In this document: piece by piece, positions 1-12,365 of the stretch
Numbering within the stretch: position 1 is the stretch's first letter
Layout: every line of letters starts with the position of its first letter
Origin: Octopus vulgaris
Lineage: Eukaryota
Direction of reading: 5' to 3'
Assembly: GCA_951406725.2 (NCBI GenBank)
Contig: OX597816.1
Location: 19,096,001-19,160,000 of the forward strand
Length of the DNA stretch: 64,000 nucleotides
Made by a program: the position numbers and the translations under genes
The notes under the pieces: model-generated
Seen by the model: the letters and a program-made list of their open reading frames with translations, nothing else
What the model was told of the DNA's origin: nothing
Databases searched by the model: none

Positions 1-10
1 GAAGAAGAAA

Positions 11-160
<150 letters not shown>

Positions 161-383
161 TCATTATTATTATTGTTGATATTATTATTAGTTTTATTGT
201 TGTTGTTTTATATTTCCTCATTTTCTACGATGTTTTAGCACAGGGTTAATCCCTAACTTCGACCATCTTGGTTCGCTGTTATTTCAGTATATATTATTCT
301 AGAGGATAAAAAGCATTGTAGATGTAAACTTGATATGAAATCAGACAGTGAGTCGGATTAAACATTCTTTGCATTATATGCTG

Positions 384-563
384 AAGGCCCGAGACTTTAT
401 GGGGATAGGGTTGTCATTTACCCTTACTCTAGTATTTCATTAGTACTTGCTTCATCGATTCCGAAATCGACCTCGGCTGCATTTGAACTCACGATGTAAA
501 TCAGATGAAACGCAATTAACAATTTTTTGCGTTGTGTTAAAAATTCTGCTAGCTCGCTACCTT
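384..563 (-). mobile_element. Degenerate tRNA-derived SINE (family B)
   Basis: Diverged match to family B: 'tcgacctcggctgcatttgaactc' and head 'ttctgctagctcgctacc'. Confidence 0.6.
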
Positions 564-654
564 TGTCGATCGAAATATATTTTGCTGATGCTTCTACGAT
601 TCGGCCGATTACGTTATAAAAAATAGCATTAGTATATATCAGATGCTGATAAAT

Positions 655-1048
655 GAGAACAAAATGAAAAGAAACAAGAAGAATGGTAAAGAAGATGAAG
701 GGGAAGATGAAGAAGAAGAAGAAGAAGAAGAAGATGAAGATGATGAAGAAGAAGAAGAAGAAGAAGAAGAAGAAGAAGAAGGAGGGGGACGAGAAAAAGA
801 TGATGATGATGATGAAGAAGAAGAAGAAGGAGGAGGAGGAGGAGAAGAAAAAGGAGGAGAAGAAGAAGGAAAAAGAAAAAGAAGAAGAAGAAGAAGAAGA
901 AGAAGAAGAAGAAGAAGAAGAAGAAGAAGAAGAAGGAGAAGAAGAGGAAGAATATCAAGAAGATCAAGAAGGTGAAGACGAAGAAGAAAAAGAAGAAGAA
1001 GAAGGAGAAGAAGAAAGAGAAAAAGGAGAAGAAGAAAGAGAAGAAGAA
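655..1048 (+). repeat. (GAA)n/(GAT)n purine-rich low-complexity tract
   Basis: Long gaa runs; source of the poly-E/K/R and poly-F/L ORFs. Confidence 0.95.
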
Positions 1049-1049
1049 T

Positions 1050-2090
1050 ATTTGTTTAAGAACCTGGGAGACTCGGCTGAAAGAATTACAAAAACAAGTA
1101 GGAAAAAATCGGCAAATCTTGCAAAAAATCACATTAACGATGTATCTAATAGTAAGTGATGTATTAAATGCACTTAGGCATGTTTTAGAAATGCTTTAGA
1201 CATGTTTTATACAGTACGATCTACAATTAAGTGTAAAAATACATCGGGTCGATGTACAGAAGAATTTGAGTTGGACATGTTATCTCATTTAAAATATATT
1301 GGGTACAAATATGAGGAATAACAGCAAAGCTGAAATTGAGTATGATTTCGTGGAACCTCATTCATAAAAATTACGAGAAAAAATCATCTGCAAATCTCCA
1401 CACCACAGGAAGGAAGATTTGCTCAAGGAAAAAAATTAGAGACTATTTAGTAAAGAATAATTGAAAAGTAATATTAATATCTTCAAAAGCAAATTCTGGT
1501 ACAACAAATAAAAGATCATTTTTGTATTAAGGCCATCTAAAACGTATTAACCACAGATGAAATGAAAGTCGAAATAAAAGAAAATATAGTTGAGAAAAAT
1601 TTCACATGGCTACGATACTAATAATCATAAACCTGAATTTGTGGGGAAATAATGATAATTCGGAATACCTGCTGAGAACAGTATGCATACCTGAAATTCA
1701 AATTTTGCTTCTCAGCATAATATCAAAATATTTTACAACCTTGTAATGAAATATTGCAATTCTGCAATTGGTGATTACGCTTATGTGAAAAATTATTATT
1801 ACGTGCTTTGTGGAAACGTGTTCAGTTTTAGCAACAATAGAGCAACAGGTGAAATTGTTTGGGATTAGAGAGATAAAAAGGTATTGCAGTATTAGGAAAT
1901 ACAACCGAAAAGTGACATAAACAGCACAGGAATCAGATAATAAGAAAGCAAATATATTCCCAATAGAAGTACAATTTGTAACAAATAATACAGAATATCG
2001 CAAACAAGTTCAGAAATTAACGAATTAATAGACTTGCGAACGGAGATACAACAAAGTATATGATGAAAAAGAATTCACTGTAGAATATAT
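1050..2090 (+). pseudogene. Highly decayed R4/Dong-clade LINE ORF remnant
   Basis: Across frameshifts, in the correct order: KYIG (cf. YKYLG), HLQISTPQEGR (cf. RLY.PR..GGRGL), ISHGY (cf. LHG.Y), AQE/Q (cf. AAQDQ), IIQNI...RRYNKV (cf. TI.HI...RHNKV). Confidence 0.45.
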
Positions 2091-2096
2091 TGTATA

Positions 2097-2520
2097 GTCG
2101 TAGGAGTGACTGTGTCGTAAGTAGCTTTCTAACGAACCACATGGTTCCGGGTTCAGTCCCACTGCGTGGCACCTTGGGCAAATGTCTTCTACTATAACCT
2201 CGGGCTGACCAAAGCCTTGTGAGTGGAATTCGTAGACGGAAACTGAAAGAAGCCCGACGTATATATGTATATGTTTATATATATATATGTGTACGTGTGT
2301 GTGTATATGTTTCTGCGACTGTGTTTTTCTCCCCAACATCGCTTGACAACCGATGCTGGTATGTTTGCGTTCCCGTAACTTAGCGGTTCGGCAAAGCAGA
2401 CCGATAGAATAAGTACTAGGCTTACAAAGAATAAGTCCTGGGCTTGATTTGCTCGACTAAAGGCGGAGCTTCAGCATGGCCACAGTCAAATGACTGAAAC
2501 AAGTAAATGAGTAAAGAGTA
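2097..2520 (+). mobile_element. Full-length tRNA-derived SINE (family A, probably octopus OK-type)
   Basis: A/B-box head ('ggagtgactgtgtcgtaag...gggttcagtccc'), CORE-like 'ggcaccttgggcaa', internal (TA)/(TG) tract, 3' '(gagtaaa)n' tail. Five further copies occur in the window. Confidence 0.9.
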
Positions 2521-3088
2521 CCTTTGAAATGATAATATATATCTGATGATAACTACATAAAAAATAATCTAATACTAACAAATATGGGAAATATAAAGAA
2601 TGTGCCACGTCAATATAGCATACACGTATTAATTAGATCGACTTTATTAAAACATGAAATATAATCCAAAATGAAATGATGGATAAGAACTCAAAGAGAT
2701 AAGCACGAAAATAAGTTCAAAGCACATTATCAAATGTTAGATTATGGATATATGAATTCAGATAAATACCGTTTAGCACCGGATCACCCAGGAAACGTAT
2801 ATGTTGTGTTAGTGGTATTCTCATTATCACGGAATTTTCATCAGTAACATGTATATTTATGTACAGGTGCTAGTTCTCTCACAATACACAATCAAGAGGG
2901 AAAGGTGATGATAACATGGAACATGCACCGAAAAACTGCAATGGAACATTGATTATGGCCATAAATGTTAGGTGCTACTTTAAACCCTTCATACACGCTG
3001 TCACCGTACAAGCGATCAATGAGTTTGACGCTGGAAAGAAATACTCTCACATACAACTGATAACGAAAACAAAACTGTAAGAGATTTC

Positions 3089-3252
3089 ATGGCGAGTAAA
3101 ATGTATTCAGGCACACAATGAATATCAACATATACGATTAAATTTGTTGTTAAGGTTATCTTTACAGATATGGCGAGTAAAATGTATTCAGGCACACAAT
3201 GAATATCAACATATACGATTAAATTTGTTGTTAAGGTTATCTTTACAGATAT
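3089..3252 (+). repeat. Perfect 81-bp tandem duplication
   Basis: 'atggcgagtaaaatg...tttacagat' starts at 3089 and again at 3170. Confidence 0.95.
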
Positions 3253-3557
3253 TCGATAGAAATTATAGTTCTTGTTTTTCGTCACGCCGTTTCATATCCA
3301 AGACGTCAGATGTCAACAAATAACGAGAAAGACGAAAAAACCTTTATGGGCGTATATGCCATATTTCGTGGGGATGGGGGGGGGGGCACTCGTCCTTCAG
3401 CACCAATCTAACCCTTTAAGGGTTATATGGGTGCCTTTCTTCATCTCCGTTCTCATTGTTAGTTTACATCTGACGTATCAAATATGAAACGTTGTAATAA
3501 CAAAAATCAGTGCTGGGTATAATTTCTATTAAATATCTGTAGAGATAACCATAACAA
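3228..3557. mobile_element. Fold-back/MITE-like element with ~105-bp imperfect inverted arms
   Basis: 3228-3333 'ttgttaaggttatctttacagatattcgatagaaattata...gacgtcagatgtcaac' is the reverse complement, with mismatches, of 3445-3557 '...tttacatctgacgt...tataatttctattaaatatctgtagagataaccataacaa'. Confidence 0.75.
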
Positions 3558-3767
3558 GTGATATAAAGTGTAACGCCCACGCAGTAGAACGCGGAATTTA
3601 CTCATAAATCCGTTTACTATGTTTTATGTTTGCATAAGGATATACCGCGTAACTAAAAATTGTTAGGTATATTTTGGCTTGACCATCAACTTGTAAAAAA
3701 GGCATTAATATCTATTGCCTGCCAAACACAGAATAATCTGCGAGAGCCACCATAAAGCAATTACATA

Positions 3768-3953
3768 CAGTCTGGATTTCGTTCCTCCAAGGGCTCAGCT
3801 GATTGTATCCTTACTGTCAGACAATTATAAGAAAAGTGCATTGAACAGAATCTTGCTCTATACCATTGCTCTTTTGATTTGAGCAAAGCATTCGATACTG
3901 TTAATCGAAGTGCTCTGAGGCTAATTCTAAGGAAAATAAGTTGCCCAGATAAA
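3768..3953 (+). pseudogene. RTE-clade LINE reverse transcriptase fragment
   Basis: Translates QSGFRSSKGSADCILTVRQL*EKCIEQNLALYHCSFDLSKAFDTVNRSALRLILRKISCPDK, i.e. RTE RT domains with one stop. Confidence 0.9.
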
Positions 3954-4384
3954 TAATCTAATGCTTATAAATATGGGAAATATAGAGAATATGCCACTTC
4001 AATAAGCCTTAACAACATCATGGCAGCTGATTTGTCTTTCTAAACCAGACAATCTTTCTAAATTGCACGTTATCATACACATTACAACATTACATACATC
4101 TGAGCTTGATATAAAAGCTGCAAAGTGGGAATGTTGGAAGTTATTTACTAATTCAGTAAATGGAATGAATAATTATGGTATTCCTAATAGCAAAGCCTAC
4201 ACTACGGAAATACACATTGAATAGCATTAATATCTTATTGCAAAACAGAATAATCCGTGAGAGGCATCATAAAGCAATTATATACATTTCATATATGTTG
4301 AACATAGTCACTATCAACAAAATTTGTAAGTTTCTCAAAACATGTAATTTATAAACCAGAGGTGAAATAACATACTAATAACAG

Positions 4385-4600
4385 TTTCAGATTTTGAAAC
4401 TACGCCAGCAACTTTGTGGGAAGAGAGGAGGGGTCACATACATCGATCCCAGTGCTGAACAGGTATTTATATTATCGGCCCAGAAAGAATTAAAAATCAA
4501 ATCGATCTCGGTGGAATTTGCACTTAGAATGTAAAGCGACAAGCAATGTCAGTACACCACTTCTCAACTATGCTACATATTTTACCAGCTCACCGCCTTA
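4385..4600 (-). mobile_element. Degenerate SINE (family B)
   Basis: 'catcgatcccagtgct...tcgatctcggtggaattt...ccagctcaccgcct'. Confidence 0.65.
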
Positions 4601-4884
4601 AATATTGAAGTGATATCAAAAACAATATTATATACAAAACGAATATTAGATTATCTACTATTCACTCAAAAATGTACCATTCTAAATTGCACACTATCAT
4701 ACACATTACAACGTTACATACATCTGAAATGGTGGTGGAACGGAGAATTGCATGAAATTTTTGATACGCATAATAAAAAGCCATAGATTTTAAGAATATA
4801 AACCAGAACGTTAGTAGACTCGGAGAACGGATCACACGAGTTACAAAATATTTAGACGCATACACAAACACAGATACAGACAGG

Positions 4885-5815
4885 GACGCAGATTACACGT
4901 CCGATTTGGACCTAAAACAGGCCATGAAACATAGTCCTTTCCAAATCTTGCATTGAAATTTGTCAATATGACCAGCTTGTCAGAAATTGGTACTTTCCTC
5001 AATAATTGTGATACATCATCATAAAACTGTCCTACAGTTTCCACAGAATGGGACATTATTGGTGCAAAAATACTGACAGCGGTAAGAAACGTAGCTTGTG
5101 TCAGTTTAATACGGCATGACATGATCCGTTCAGATACACCATTTGGAAGCTCTGCAATGGAGGATGCTAATGTGTTCTTGAGAGCAAACCCAACACAAGA
5201 TTCTCTAAGCTGACACGTACGTAGGCCTCTCCAAATGATAGTATATCCATAAGTAGGTTCATTTACTTGAGCCTCACTAGAGAGATGAGCTTCAGAGAGA
5301 GAGCAACTATATCAAGGGAATATTATTTAAGCTCACATGCAATAAGTGCAGTACAGTTTTCTGGCCTCTTATTGAAATTATCATCAAGAAGTGTGTGTAC
5401 ATTCCAAAAGCCAAACTTCGAAGGAAGTTTATTTTTACTTTTTCTTGAAGATTGCTTGAACACAGTGGCAGGATGACGACCGCGTTCACTGGGGGACACT
5501 TGCCGAGTTAGACCTGTTCCCCTGACTTTCCCAAGCCTGTTTTGTTGTTTACTGAAACTGTCTGAGACATTTTAGAGTAAGTTAGAAGTGCATTTTTAGG
5601 TTTCTACCAACCAACCAATTCAATGATTTTAGTAAGATTTGGTATACAGGAAGTACCTGTTCAGACGAATAATTTTCAGTGGATGTAACTTGCACTGCAC
5701 TAACACCACCTATTGGCCCAAAAGGAGTTTCGCCGGTGTAGCATGAAAATTGGCAAAACCAGGAACTTCCAAGGCCTCAGGTATGAAGGACCGACGCGGA
5801 GTAGCTCATTCACAC
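4885..5815 (-). pseudogene. 5' part of an RTE-clade LINE (5' UTR plus APE endonuclease)
   Basis: Minus strand reads FGFWNVHTLLD...RPENCTALIACELK*YSLDIVALSE...VGFAL...SERIMSCRI...SIFAP...FYDD...LVILTNFNAR, the APE motifs of RTE elements. The 5' boundary is uncertain. Confidence 0.88.
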
Positions 5816-6039
5816 AAAACAAAATAAAATAAAAAGAAGGAAAAGTAAGATATGTGATTTGAAAATGTAAATAAGAACTATATATATATAAATATAAAAA
5901 AGTAAAAGACATGTAATAAATATAAATATGTATATAAAAGTAAAAATATACATATATACATATAAAAATAAAAATAAAAATAAAAATTAAATAAGAATAT
6001 ATATACATATAAAGTAAAGTATGCAATTGAAAGATATAA

Positions 6040-6098
<59 letters not shown>

Positions 6099-6228
6099 TA
6101 TGTATTTTTATATAATTTTTATGACGAAAAATGCGAGCGATGTATAAGTACGCAGGCAAAGCAGAGTTATAACAGAGTAATTTCCCTTCATTTTTAACGG
6201 TATTTTTTCATAACGTTTTCAAATAGCC

Positions 6229-6291
6229 AGATAACCGAAGAGATGGTGTTGTGGATTTCCACTTCGGCATCTGAAACTCAGAGTTTTATCT
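6229..6291 (+). ncRNA. Minimal type-I hammerhead ribozyme motif, CCGAAGA core variant
   Basis: Stem I agataa/ttatct; core CCGAAGA at 6235-6241; stem II gatg..gtgg/ccac..catc with one extra U; GAAA at 6273-6276; stem III act/agt; GUU triplet. Confidence 0.6.
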
Positions 6292-6780
6292 TGACTACCG
6301 AGTAATGTAACATATTGTATATATATATATATATATATATAAGTAGAAATATAGATATATATACATGTAAGAAAAGGATATATACATATTTACAGACGTT
6401 TGTTGGATGGCCATGCACTGTTCAGAAGTTTCTCCTATGTTTCCTCCCGCAGGGTGTCCACCAACACCCTCCTCACCAAGCAAGCCTGGTGGGGTTGGCA
6501 GTTTAGTCACCGACAATCCTACAATGCGACAGGTTGTATTGGATTACATGTTACCAGTAGCACCCAAGAGCGATATGACATCTTTTTTTTTCCTTATCTG
6601 TCTATATATATGTATAGTTTTACTTGTATATTCTTACTGTTATACATATTATTTTATATCTGTCAATTGCATATCAATAAACAAACATACATACATACAT
6701 GCATACATGCATGCATGCATACATACATACATGCATGCATACATACATACATACATACATGCATGCATACATACATACAT

Positions 6781-7190
6781 ACTCTTTTACTCTTTTACTC
6801 TTTTACTTGTTTCAGTCATTTGACTGCGGCCATGCTGGAGCACCGCCTTTTTTAATCGAGCAACTCGACCCCGGGACTAATTCTTTGTAAGCCCAGTAGT
6901 TATTCTATCGATCTCTTTTGCCGAACCGCTATGTGATGGGAACGTAAACACACAAGCATCGGTTGTCAAGCAATGCTAGGGGGACAAACACAGACACACA
7001 AACACATACATACACATATATATATATACATATATACGACAGGCTTCTTTCAGTTTCCGTCTACAAAATCAACTCACAAGACATTGGTCGGCCCGGGGCT
7101 ATAGCAAAATACACTTGCCCAAGATGCCACGCAGGGGGACTGAACCCGGAACCATGTGGTTGTTTAGCAAGCTACTTACCACACAGCCAC
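6781..7190 (-). mobile_element. SINE family A
   Basis: Reverse complement of the 2097-2520 family; (tcttttac)n tail. Confidence 0.92.
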
Positions 7191-7198
7191 ATACATAT

Positions 7199-7410
7199 AC
7201 TCTTTTACTCTTTACTCTTTTACTTGTTTCAGTCATTTGACTGCGGCAATACTGGAGCACCGCCTTTAGTCGAGCAAATCGACCCCGGGACTTATTCTTT
7301 GTAAGCCCAGTACTTATTCTATCGGTCTTTTGCCGAACCGCTAAGTGACGGGGACGTAAACACACTAGCATCGCTTGTCAAGCAATGCTAGGAGGACAAA
7401 CACAGACACA

Positions 7411-7473
<63 letters not shown>

Positions 7474-7626
7474 GACTAGCTTCTTTCAGTTTCCGTCTAC
7501 CAAATCCACTCACAAGGCATTGGTCGGCCCGGGGCTATAGCAGAAGACACTTGCCCAAGATGCCACGCAGTAGGACTGAACCCAGAACCATGTGGTTGGT
7601 CAGCAAGCTACTTACCACACAGCCAC
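7199..7626 (-). mobile_element. SINE family A, head-to-tail with the previous copy
   Basis: Second complete copy immediately adjacent. Confidence 0.92.
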
Positions 7627-9121
7627 ATATATATATATATATATATATATTTATGTAAACGCAATGAAAAGTTTTTTGAGCATCATTGATTGTTATCACC
7701 TTTCCCTCAACTAGTCCTTTGCTTCTGATTCTTACTCAGATTATCACTTCTGGTTATCACTTACTGATTAACTATTTATGTGAAATTTCTGGTGAGCAAT
7801 TGTTTATATGATATGTATAGAAATCGACCAGTAAGAACTCCCGGTACAATAAAAGAGGACTGGAATTATGACGTACATTTACTAACTAATAACTTGACTA
7901 TAATTTGGAAATTTTAGGGAAATTAAGTTCATTTTACTTAAATATTCCTGTACTGGTAGTAAATATGTTTAAATATCTGAACGACACAATAATTTAATAT
8001 TATACTTGAATGGTAGGCATTTAGCCTGGTTGTACATGTATTAGTTGATGCTTATATGAATATACTCAAAGTAGGTAAACTTATATTAATCACAATATTC
8101 TCTTGTGATTCTGACGCTGCTACAAGAGCAGAGCTGTTTCATGGCGCTTAATTATTAGGAATACAATTTATTTCATTAAATTTGTCATGAAGACAGTACA
8201 TAGATTGGGTAGCTTTGCGGGCTTGACAAGGCATTAATGAGATAAATGATAATGATACAAGGATAATAAGGATGAGAGACGACAGAAAGTTCCCGCCGAC
8301 CTTCTGCTTCTCTATAACATTGTTTTTTAACAATAAATTTCATGAGGCAATGAAACTCTTACACTTCGTCTAAAACGACTACAATATTAATCATTATACA
8401 TATATACATATTTCGGCGCTAAGACTATTCTTCTTTGCCACCGACCAGGCTGTAAGTAGCCCATAGGTACTGCTCCGGATCCCGGTCGGTGTCCCAAAAA
8501 TCGACTATTAAGAATACAATTTACCGTAATAAATCGTTGCATTGACAATTTACGAAATGCACTTAAACCAGATCTTTACCGCTGTTTCGAACGGGCTATG
8601 ACTGGTTGATGAAGCAATCTAAATATCAACAAGCATTCATTTTCATAGCACCGCACAGGACAGCTGTTCCGGTGTATGTTTCTGATAACTCCAAGTATAC
8701 CGAGCATAATCTATCATATTATTACCCACATGCTTATTATTATTTTTCCAGCAGACGCCTAACAAGGATTCCAAATGTTCAACATGCATCTGTGTTTCCT
8801 GTCTGTGTGATTTGTAATGAAAGTTTCTTTGTGTGATGGTGCATACATTACAACAATGACGATAGATATCCGTTTGAGTGTATTTGAAGGCTAAGAATAG
8901 TGAGTAGAATTGCCTATGATTTTCAAAACCAAACTAGGTCAGCGATATGATAGATAGAGTCTCCTTTAAAAAATTCTTTTTGAAGGAAGCATGGACTAAA
9001 TTGATTAAAGGTCGCTGCCCGATTAATTAATGCACTTCAGTATTGGAAACGCATAATATAATTAAAGAATAAAACAAAATATAGGCAAATGCATATATTT
9101 ATACATAAATTTAAACGCTCA

Positions 9122-9147
9122 CAAACACACACACACACACGTACATG

Positions 9148-9232
<85 letters not shown>

Positions 9233-9473
9233 GTATGCATATATGTATATGCTTTTATAAATGCATGTACACATATACGTGTATATATATTTATAATATA
9301 AGCACACACATTCATATTGGAGCGGACACATATATGTAAACACACAGGCAGTTAGCCACACGCACATGTTCAAACAGATACATGTATAGAGAGAGAATGA
9401 CAGATTGTTAGAGAGAGAGAGGGAGAGAGAGAGAGAAAGAGAGAGAGAGAGGAAAACGGGGAAGAGAGAGAGA
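9122..9473. repeat. (CA)n/(TA)n and (GA)n microsatellite cluster
   Basis: Direct reading. Confidence 0.9.
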
Positions 9474-10387
9474 AGCAAATGTTTTGAAGAAAAGATAATT
9501 AACGTTACATTGGCAGTCTCTGAATGAGAGATGGAATAAGCGATACGCAGAAAGATGAAGTCCACTAGATGGTATACGGTGTAGGCGTAGAGTGGATTTG
9601 TTGAAGAACAAATCAATTAATCACCGATGATTGTGATGGTTAGACAGATTTACAGATCGATACATCAGGCAAGCAACGCGATGACTGTGTAAAAGGACAG
9701 ATCAATAGATAAAAGTCTAAGTAGCTGCCTGAAAGAAAGACAGGGTGCTTCATGCCAAAACACCACTAAATAGAAGGACTAATCGATGTATAATACAAAT
9801 AGGCTGTGATGAGTTGAGGGAAAGAAGCAATTAACGCGTAATATTGATACTGGTTTTATTGACTCAACAAACGCCTAGATATGTGTATAAATTAATCTCC
9901 GTATGGTTTCCTCGTGTTTTCCCTCTGTGCTTGCATTCACACATTTTCTCCTATGCGTGTTAAATCGTGTCATCAAAGGGATGAATTTGGGTTACATAAG
10001 CACAGGTCTCTGATGCATTTACATGTAGTGGACCATTAAAACCAGGAGCAAATCGAGTCGTTGCTTCTATTATCATGTGCGTCCTATCTGCTTGTCATAT
10101 CTACTCAAATAAATCATCACTAACAGGCAACGTGTAACTTGTAAATATATAATACACGTTGCTGCATGATAGATTGCATCTGATACCATATGGAAGTGTT
10201 GTACATAATTACATAATATAAGCAACTACCAATGTATGTCAATGGTTAAGTTTACATAATTTATTTCAGCTATCGCAAGTATATAGCTGTACACATTAGG
10301 CAGCAGGTCATTGATAACCAATAGAGATTTGATTATTTTTACGCTCAAAAATGTTAGCATTTCTTTTAGAAATTACGCATCGAAATA

Positions 10388-11183
10388 TTATTTTCTACTC
10401 CAGGAACAAAGCCCGAATTTTGGGGTGCGTGGGAGAGTTAGATTAGATTAACTTCACTACGCAACTGGTATTTAATTTATCGACCCCGAAAGGATGAAAC
10501 GCATAGTCGACCTCCGTAGAATTTAAACTCAGAACGTAAAAAACAAACGAAATGCTAAGAACTTCGTCCGGCGTGCTAACGTTTCTTATTTCTTTATTGC
10601 CCATAAGGGACTACACATAGAGGGGACAAACAAGGACAGATAAAGGAGTGAAGTCGATTACATCGACCCTAGTGCGAATCTGGTACTTAATTTATCGACC
10701 CCGAAAGAATGAAAGGCAAAGTTGACCTCGGCGGAATTTGATCTTAGAACATAGTGGCAGACGAGATAACTATTTCTTTAGTACCCACAAGGGGCTAAAC
10801 ACAGAGCGGACAAACAGGGACAGACAAATGGATCATGTTGATTATATCGACCCCAGTGCGTAACTGGTACATATTTAATCGACCCCGAAAGGATGAAAGG
10901 CAAAATCGACTTCGGCGGAATTTGAACTCAGAACGTAGCGGCAGACGAAATACCTATTTCTTTACTACCCATAAGGGGCTAAACACAGTGGCGACAAAAA
11001 AGGACGGACAAACGGATTAAGTCGATTACATCGACCCCAGTGCGTAACTGGTGCTTAATTTATCGTCCCCGGAAGAATTAAATGCTAAGTCGACCTCGGT
11101 GGAATTTGAAATTAGAACGTAAAAGCAGACGAAATACTGCTAAGCATTTGCCAGGCGTGCTAACATTTCTGCCAGCTCGGCGT
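10388..11183 (-). mobile_element. Concatemer of four family-B SINE units
   Basis: Four repeats of 'cgaccccgaaaggatgaaaggcaaagtcgacctcggcggaatttgaactcagaacgta'; head 'tgccagctcg' near 11175. Confidence 0.9.
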
Positions 11184-11829
11184 TTTACGCTTCCAAATAT
11201 TAAAAAAAAAGGCGTATTGCATAGAATATATGACTTTGTTGAACTGATAGATGAACTTGAAGAACTGATAGATGTTCAGTAATATTTTCAGACTTATATT
11301 AAAATCTATACTCATATATAAGGATACTATATTCTATAATACTAGGCCAAGATATATAATAATGATATTAGCATAAATATGTTAATTTTAAACGAGGGTC
11401 ATTTGTAAGTAGACATAAAGTAATTGTTATGCAATTATTAAGACAATAGTGTCTGAATTAAAAGAAAAGAACTTTTGTATTAGATTAAAATAAGATCAAT
11501 CAATATATTTTCTAAAATTACTTTCACGCCCATATAAATTCACAATTTCTATAGTATTGAAAAATATTTCGGACAAATTAATAGGATTGAAGGCAACGCA
11601 TCAATTATTCTATTACATACAGCTTTCTTGTTGGCTTATATAATGCCATTCCAGCCAAATGAGTTTGGTACGATAATGTGTGTGTATTTGTGCGTATGAG
11701 TATTTGTGTGTATTTGTGTGTGCGCGTATGTGTGCGTTTCTGAGTGTGCGTTAATGATTGTTTTTTTGTGTAAAGTTATATGTAGAATCAATTTAATATT
11801 ATGACAAAGGATCATGCAATAGTTTGTAA

Positions 11830-12365
11830 TAAAGGATATATATTTGCCTTTCATCCTGTTGGGGTTGATAAAAGAAGTACTACTTAGGCACCAGGATAGA
11901 CGTAATCATTTTAATTCCTTTATCTCTCCTTGTTTGTCCCGTCTATGTTTAGCCCCTTGTCAGCAATAAAGAAATAAATATTAAAGGTGACGAGCTGGCA
12001 GAAATGCTTAGCAGTAATTCGTCTGCCGCTACGTTCTGAGTTCAAATTCCGCCGGGGTAGACTTTGCCTTTCATCTTTTCGGAGTCAATTAAATAAGTAA
12101 CAGTTACGCACTGGGGTCGGTGTAATCAACTGAATCTATTTGTCTGTCCTTGCCTGCCCCCTCTCTGTTTAGCCCCTTGTGTGAAGTAAAGAAATAGGTA
12201 TTTCGTCTGCCTCTACGTTCTGAGTTCAAATTCCGCCGAGGTCGACTTTGCCTCCCATCCTCTTGGGCTCGATAAATTAAGTACGGTTTGTGTACTGGGC
12301 TCGATCTAATCGACTTCCCCCTTCCCCCGAAATTTCGGGCCTTGGGTCTACAGTAGAAAAGAATA
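11830..12365 (+). mobile_element. Family-B SINE cluster (3' fragment, head plus unit, extra unit)
   Basis: Head 'ggtgacgagctggcagaa' at ~11986; body 'gagttcaaattccgccgaggtcgactttgcct'; junction 'aaagaaata|ggtatttcg' at 12197. Confidence 0.88.

Noticed and set aside
629-1199. Overlapping ORFs rich in E, K, R or F/L
   Set aside because: All frames are translations of a (GAA)n tract.
6395-6580. GC-richer segment with two adjacent hairpins, considered as an HDV-like ribozyme or an exon
   Set aside because: I could not build a 7-bp P1 or a P1.1 on either strand, and there is no recognisable protein. Probably a retroelement UTR fragment.
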